DNA of 64,000 nucleotides from an uncultured Candidatus Rokubacteria bacterium (GTDB lineage Bacteria; Methylomirabilota; Methylomirabilia; Rokubacteriales; DASRDR01): NCBI GenBank assembly GCA_963708025.1, contig CAVPSB010000018.1, positions 480,001 to 544,000 of the forward strand, read 5' to 3'. Shown piece by piece: positions 60,725 to 64,000 of this stretch (position 1 is its first letter; each line of letters starts with the position of its first letter). The notes under the pieces were generated by a model. It saw only the letters and a program-made list of their open reading frames with translations, ran no database searches and was not told where the DNA came from. The position numbers and the translations under genes were made by a program.

Positions 60725-62203
60725 TCATCGCGAAGGCGACCGGACTATATCCCGGCTCTCGGCCCGGAGCGCGTCACACGCCGCGGCGCCGCCGGCCTCG
60801 TCGTAGAACGGCAGGACCCGGACGAGCCGTCGATCCTGGTCGAGGGCCCGCGTCAGCCCGGCGGCGACGACACACCCGTGCCACAGCGCGCGCTCGATGG
60901 CGTCGGGGCGAACGTCGAGGGTGTCCCGGAAGAATCGCTGCCAGGGTTCGATCAGGATGAGGTGGCGGCCGGCGCCTGGATCGAGCGCCTCCCCCGTCCC
61001 ACCCGAGTCCTTCCACAAGAGCTCGAGGTTGTCGAGGATGGTCTCCTGATAACTGTCCCGGAGCACCTCGAAGGCTCGCTTCGTCACACTCAGACCGCCC
61101 CGAACCTCCGTGTTCGTCTCGTCGCTCCCCACCGTCTGGCCCGCGGTCAGGACCACGATCGTGTCGACGCCCCGGCGCTGGCTGGCTTCCAGCGCGGCCA
61201 AGAGCGGGACGCTTTCGGCGACGCCGCCATCCACGAGCTGATGCATCGTCGTGAACTCGACCTCGATCCCGGGCTCGTCGCGCCGGGAGAGCATCGGCTC
61301 CTCACTCGTTCCCCTGGCCGCGTCGACGGCGGCCGCGAACTCCCGCCACGCCGCCCCCGGCACGTCCCGCACGCGGAGCGTGGTGTGCCATCGCCGAGGC
61401 GCCGGTCCGCTCGAGCCCGGCCGGACCGGGCTGGTGATCGTGGCCGACACCTGCCGGCATGCTGCCATCGCGTGCCCCAACAGGCGGATGTGACAGCGCT
61501 TGTCCGCCAGGCCGGGGGCGAACGGCGTCGAGACCACCACCGTATCCTCGCCGGCGTGCACGGCGGTGCCTCGGACCCATAACCGGGCCGGCCGGGGCTC
61601 GATCGCGAACGGGATGGAGGCGCTGCCGATGACGGAGTCGACGAGCGATTCCGGCCGGGAGAACTGCAAAATGCCCGACTGCAGGGAGACGACGGTCACG
61701 GTCAGTCGGTCCCGTCGCTCGTGGTCGACGTCGATCTGGCTCCGCAGCATCGCTTCCAGCGGGTCGAGCCGGTACACGCCGTCGATGCCGCCGAGCCAGC
61801 GGGGCAGAACGACCCGGAGCGACGCGAGGAATGGCCGGTTGGCGAACTGGTCCGGGGTCTTGAGCCGCCGGTACTGCTCGACAAGGGTCGTCACCCGACG
61901 TTCGAGGTCCGCTCGGTCCGACGCCTGGGAGAGCACCGCGGCCGTGATCGCGCCGGTGGAGGTCCCGACGAAGTGCTCGAAGTCGCAGCCGAGCACCGTG
62001 ACCAGGTACCAAACGGCGCCGATCTGGTACGCGCCGCGGACCCCGCCGCCCCCGAGCACCAGGGCGCGCTTGACGCCGGGGCATGGCGGTTTCCCGAGTT
62101 CGCCCGACGCCTCGACCGCCGGGGCGCTGCTGAGGATCAGTGTGGTCAGGCAGAGAACGACCAGGAGCCGCGTCAGCGACCTGATGCCGATGAGCCTGGG
62201 CAT
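60725..62203 (-). CDS. Secreted patatin-like phospholipase with inserted domain
   Basis: Signal peptide, LGGGGVRG, GTSTG, SASIP, LVDGG. Confidence 0.88.
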   Translation of the reverse strand: MPRLIGIRSLTRLLVVLCLTTLILSSAPAVEASGELGKPPCPGVKRALVLGGGGVRGAYQIGAVWYLVTVLGCDFEHFVGTSTGAITAAVLSQASDRADLERRVTTLVEQYRRLKTPDQFANRPFLASLRVVLPRWLGGIDGVYRLDPLEAMLRSQIDVDHERRDRLTVTVVSLQSGILQFSRPESLVDSVIGSASIPFAIEPRPARLWVRGTAVHAGEDTVVVSTPFAPGLADKRCHIRLLGHAMAACRQVSATITSPVRPGSSGPAPRRWHTTLRVRDVPGAAWREFAAAVDAARGTSEEPMLSRRDEPGIEVEFTTMHQLVDGGVAESVPLLAALEASQRRGVDTIVVLTAGQTVGSDETNTEVRGGLSVTKRAFEVLRDSYQETILDNLELLWKDSGGTGEALDPGAGRHLILIEPWQRFFRDTLDVRPDAIERALWHGCVVAAGLTRALDQDRRLVRVLPFYDEAGGAAACDALRAESRDIVRSPSR

Positions 62204-62354
62204 CGCTGGTGAGGGCAGGCGGGGGTCAGCGATCTCGCTCGCGGTCGAGCGACCGTATCGGCTCGGACCCGTAACGCTCGCCGGCCACCGTCTGGGCGGA
62301 GACCGTTGGCTCGATGCGCCGCAGATCGTCCGCGGAGAGCCCGATCGGCATGGC

Positions 62355-62460
62355 TGAAGGGGGCACACACCTCGATTCATGCGGCGGCCTGGTCGTATTC
62401 GTGTAGCAGACCGCCGAGCAGGTCCCGCCGATACACATCGCCGGTCCTTGGGAGGGGACC
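62355..62460 (-). mobile_element. rve transposase C-terminal remnant and IS end
   Basis: VYRRDLLGGLLHEYDQAAA* (stop 62377-62379) followed by ATCGAGGTGTGTGCCCCCTTCA. Confidence 0.65.
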
Positions 62461-62545
62461 ACCGGGGCCTACTCCCTCCGTGGCCTGTCACCTCCAAGCG
62501 AAGAGAGAGCGGACGGAGCCTAGCATGGTCCCGGGGTGCGCGACA

Positions 62546-62584
62546 ACCCAGCAGGAGGACCCAGCAGGAGGACCCAGCAGAGGA
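62546..62584. repeat. 13-bp tandem repeat ACCCAGCAGGAGG x3 (third imperfect)
   Basis: Direct reading of the sequence. Confidence 0.85.
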
Positions 62585-62634
62585 GTGATGGCCGCCGCTC
62601 CAAGGAGTCCGGCGCCCGGACGGTCAGTCTTGCA

Positions 62635-63063
62635 CTACCGAGTCAGATGGATCACCGGCTTGACAGGGCGCGACCGCTGGATCGCCTCCCGAACGGCCGC
62701 GACGAGGGCGGCGAGCGGCTGCGGCTTGGCCAGGCGCCCGACGATGTTCAGGCCCCGGCCCGCGTCATCCTCCTCCTCGAGGAAACCCGAGATGATGAGC
62801 ACCGGCAGCGACTGGAGTGCTGCGGTGGCCCGGAGGCGCGCCAGAACATCCTCGCCACTCAGTTCGGGCATGTGGAGGTCGAGCAGCAGGAGATCGGGCA
62901 CGACGGCGCGCAGCGTGTCCAGGGCCTCGCGACCCGAGTCCGCTTCGAGCACCCGAAAGCCGGCTTTCGTCAAGGCGTCCGCCCAGAGCTCGCGGACGAG
63001 GGCGTCATCGTCGGCGATCAGAATCCACTTGGGGGCGGCCCCGTCTTGGCTCATGGCCTCCAT
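62635..63063 (-). CDS. Single-domain response regulator receiver
   Basis: ILIADDD, LLDLHMPELSG, IISG, LAKP. Confidence 0.9.
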   Translation of the reverse strand: MEAMSQDGAAPKWILIADDDALVRELWADALTKAGFRVLEADSGREALDTLRAVVPDLLLLDLHMPELSGEDVLARLRATAALQSLPVLIISGFLEEEDDAGRGLNIVGRLAKPQPLAALVAAVREAIQRSRPVKPVIHLTR

Positions 63064-63299
63064 GGTGCTCACCCGATCGATGGACCCTCGGCGCACGAGA
63101 GAGATCGACCCCGGGCGGGGTTGAGGTCGCCCGGGGTCGGCCCCTCGCTCCGTGGTGTCGCGGTCTCAGGGAGGTCGCGATGAGCAGGACCTACCGTATC
63201 ACCCCGGTCGGGTCAGCCCGAAGCTTTGGAGGGGGGGCGGCGGCACTGCCGACTGGCGCTCCGCGCCCCCCTGGACGCGCACCCGCAACATCCGCGCCC

Positions 63300-63418
63300 G
63301 GGGCCTGATGTACCCCTGGGAGAGCACCACGGACCAGACGCCGGAGGCGCAGCTCGACGCGCTTCGGGCGTTCGCCGCGGCTCGCGGCCGGCCCCCGGTG
63401 GAGCTCGTCCCGCGTTGA
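63300..63418 (+). pseudogene. Serine recombinase/resolvase N-terminal remnant
   Basis: Y..ESTTDQTPEAQLDALRAFAAARG. Confidence 0.6.
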
Positions 63419-63566
63419 CGGTCAGCACGGCCAAAGCCGCGACGACGAGCGCGCCGGTCAGCGTGGGGCCTGTCATCCGCGCCGTCTGGACGACCGCGTT
63501 GCGCCGGGCGGGGTTCCCGGCGGTGGCTGCTGCCCGCGTGGCCGGTCTGGCGAGGCCGCCCTGATC

Positions 63567-63670
63567 TCAGATCGCATCCAGGAATGTGAGCCGGACCGGC
63601 CCCAGCTCGATTCGGTCGCCGGACTTCAGTGTGGCACGCCGCGTCGTCTGGCCGTTGACCTTCAAGCGGG
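63567..63670 (-). pseudogene. FHA domain C-terminal remnant
   Basis: VNGQTTRRATLKSGDRIELGPVRLTF. Confidence 0.55.
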
Positions 63671-63743
63671 GGAACCGCCGGCCGTCAGGGTTCGCACGAC
63701 CCGGGCCAGCATCACCATGCGAGATCCTCCATCGATGCGTCGT

Positions 63744-64000
63744 TCAGGGACGACCGCCTCCGTCTCGTGGTGTTTGCGGGCAATGATCGGCAACGGGGCT
63801 CCACTGCGGCCCCGGTGTCGACGTCAATTGGTGCGCGCCACCGCGGCGCGGGAAAGCGGGGCGACGTCGCCCGGGAGGGGGATATAGCCGAGCTCGGGCG
63901 CAGAGGACTGTCCGAGGGACAGCCCCCACGTGAGTAAGCGCTTGAGCGCCGCGCTCTTCTGCGGGTCCTGGTACCGCTCGTACAGCAGCAGCCAACTGAG
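63744..64000 (-). pseudogene. pstS: 3' end of a PstS-like phosphate-binding protein (frameshift at ~63925; enters from beyond the window)
   Basis: SWLLLYERYQDPQKSAALKRLLTWG / LGQ..APELGYIPLP. Confidence 0.6.

Noticed and set aside
60725-62203. CBASS CapV effector
   Set aside because: Has a signal peptide and no cyclase is adjacent.

Overview
Very GC-rich bacterial DNA (style compatible with Methylomirabilota/Rokubacteria, tentative) with three zones. (1) 1-~13,600 is the right end of an integrated plasmid/ICE-like element. It carries a minus-strand backbone: Toprim/TopoVI-A-like protein, two tandem ParB-fold paralogues, an unknown Trp/Arg-rich protein, ParM and a ParR-like protein, a ~278-bp tandemly duplicated structured element, ssb, an orphan hicB with a deleted hicA, and radC. 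An AbiEi/AbiEii type IV TA pair and an XRE regulator follow. The element ends in arm-type repeats and a tRNA-Arg(TCT) 3' remnant. A second, inverted att scar (tRNA-Glu(CTC) 3' remnant with an integrase tail) lies right next to it. (2) ~14,400-59,800 is a large acyl-CoA/lipid catabolic region: SDRs, ACADs, SCP-x thiolase + DUF35, CoA ligases, flavoproteins, LLMs, two HAAT ABC operons plus an extra binding protein, WS/DGAT and a TetR. A shared palindromic operator (GACCGACCGGTCGGTC-like) sits at five sigma70-type promoters. (3) ~59,900-64,000 is scar-rich: IS, recombinase, FHA and pstS remnants around a secreted patatin and a receiver protein. No CRISPR array, rRNA or intact tRNA was found. Several frameshifts may be sequencing errors. 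All product calls come from motif recognition by eye, not database searches.
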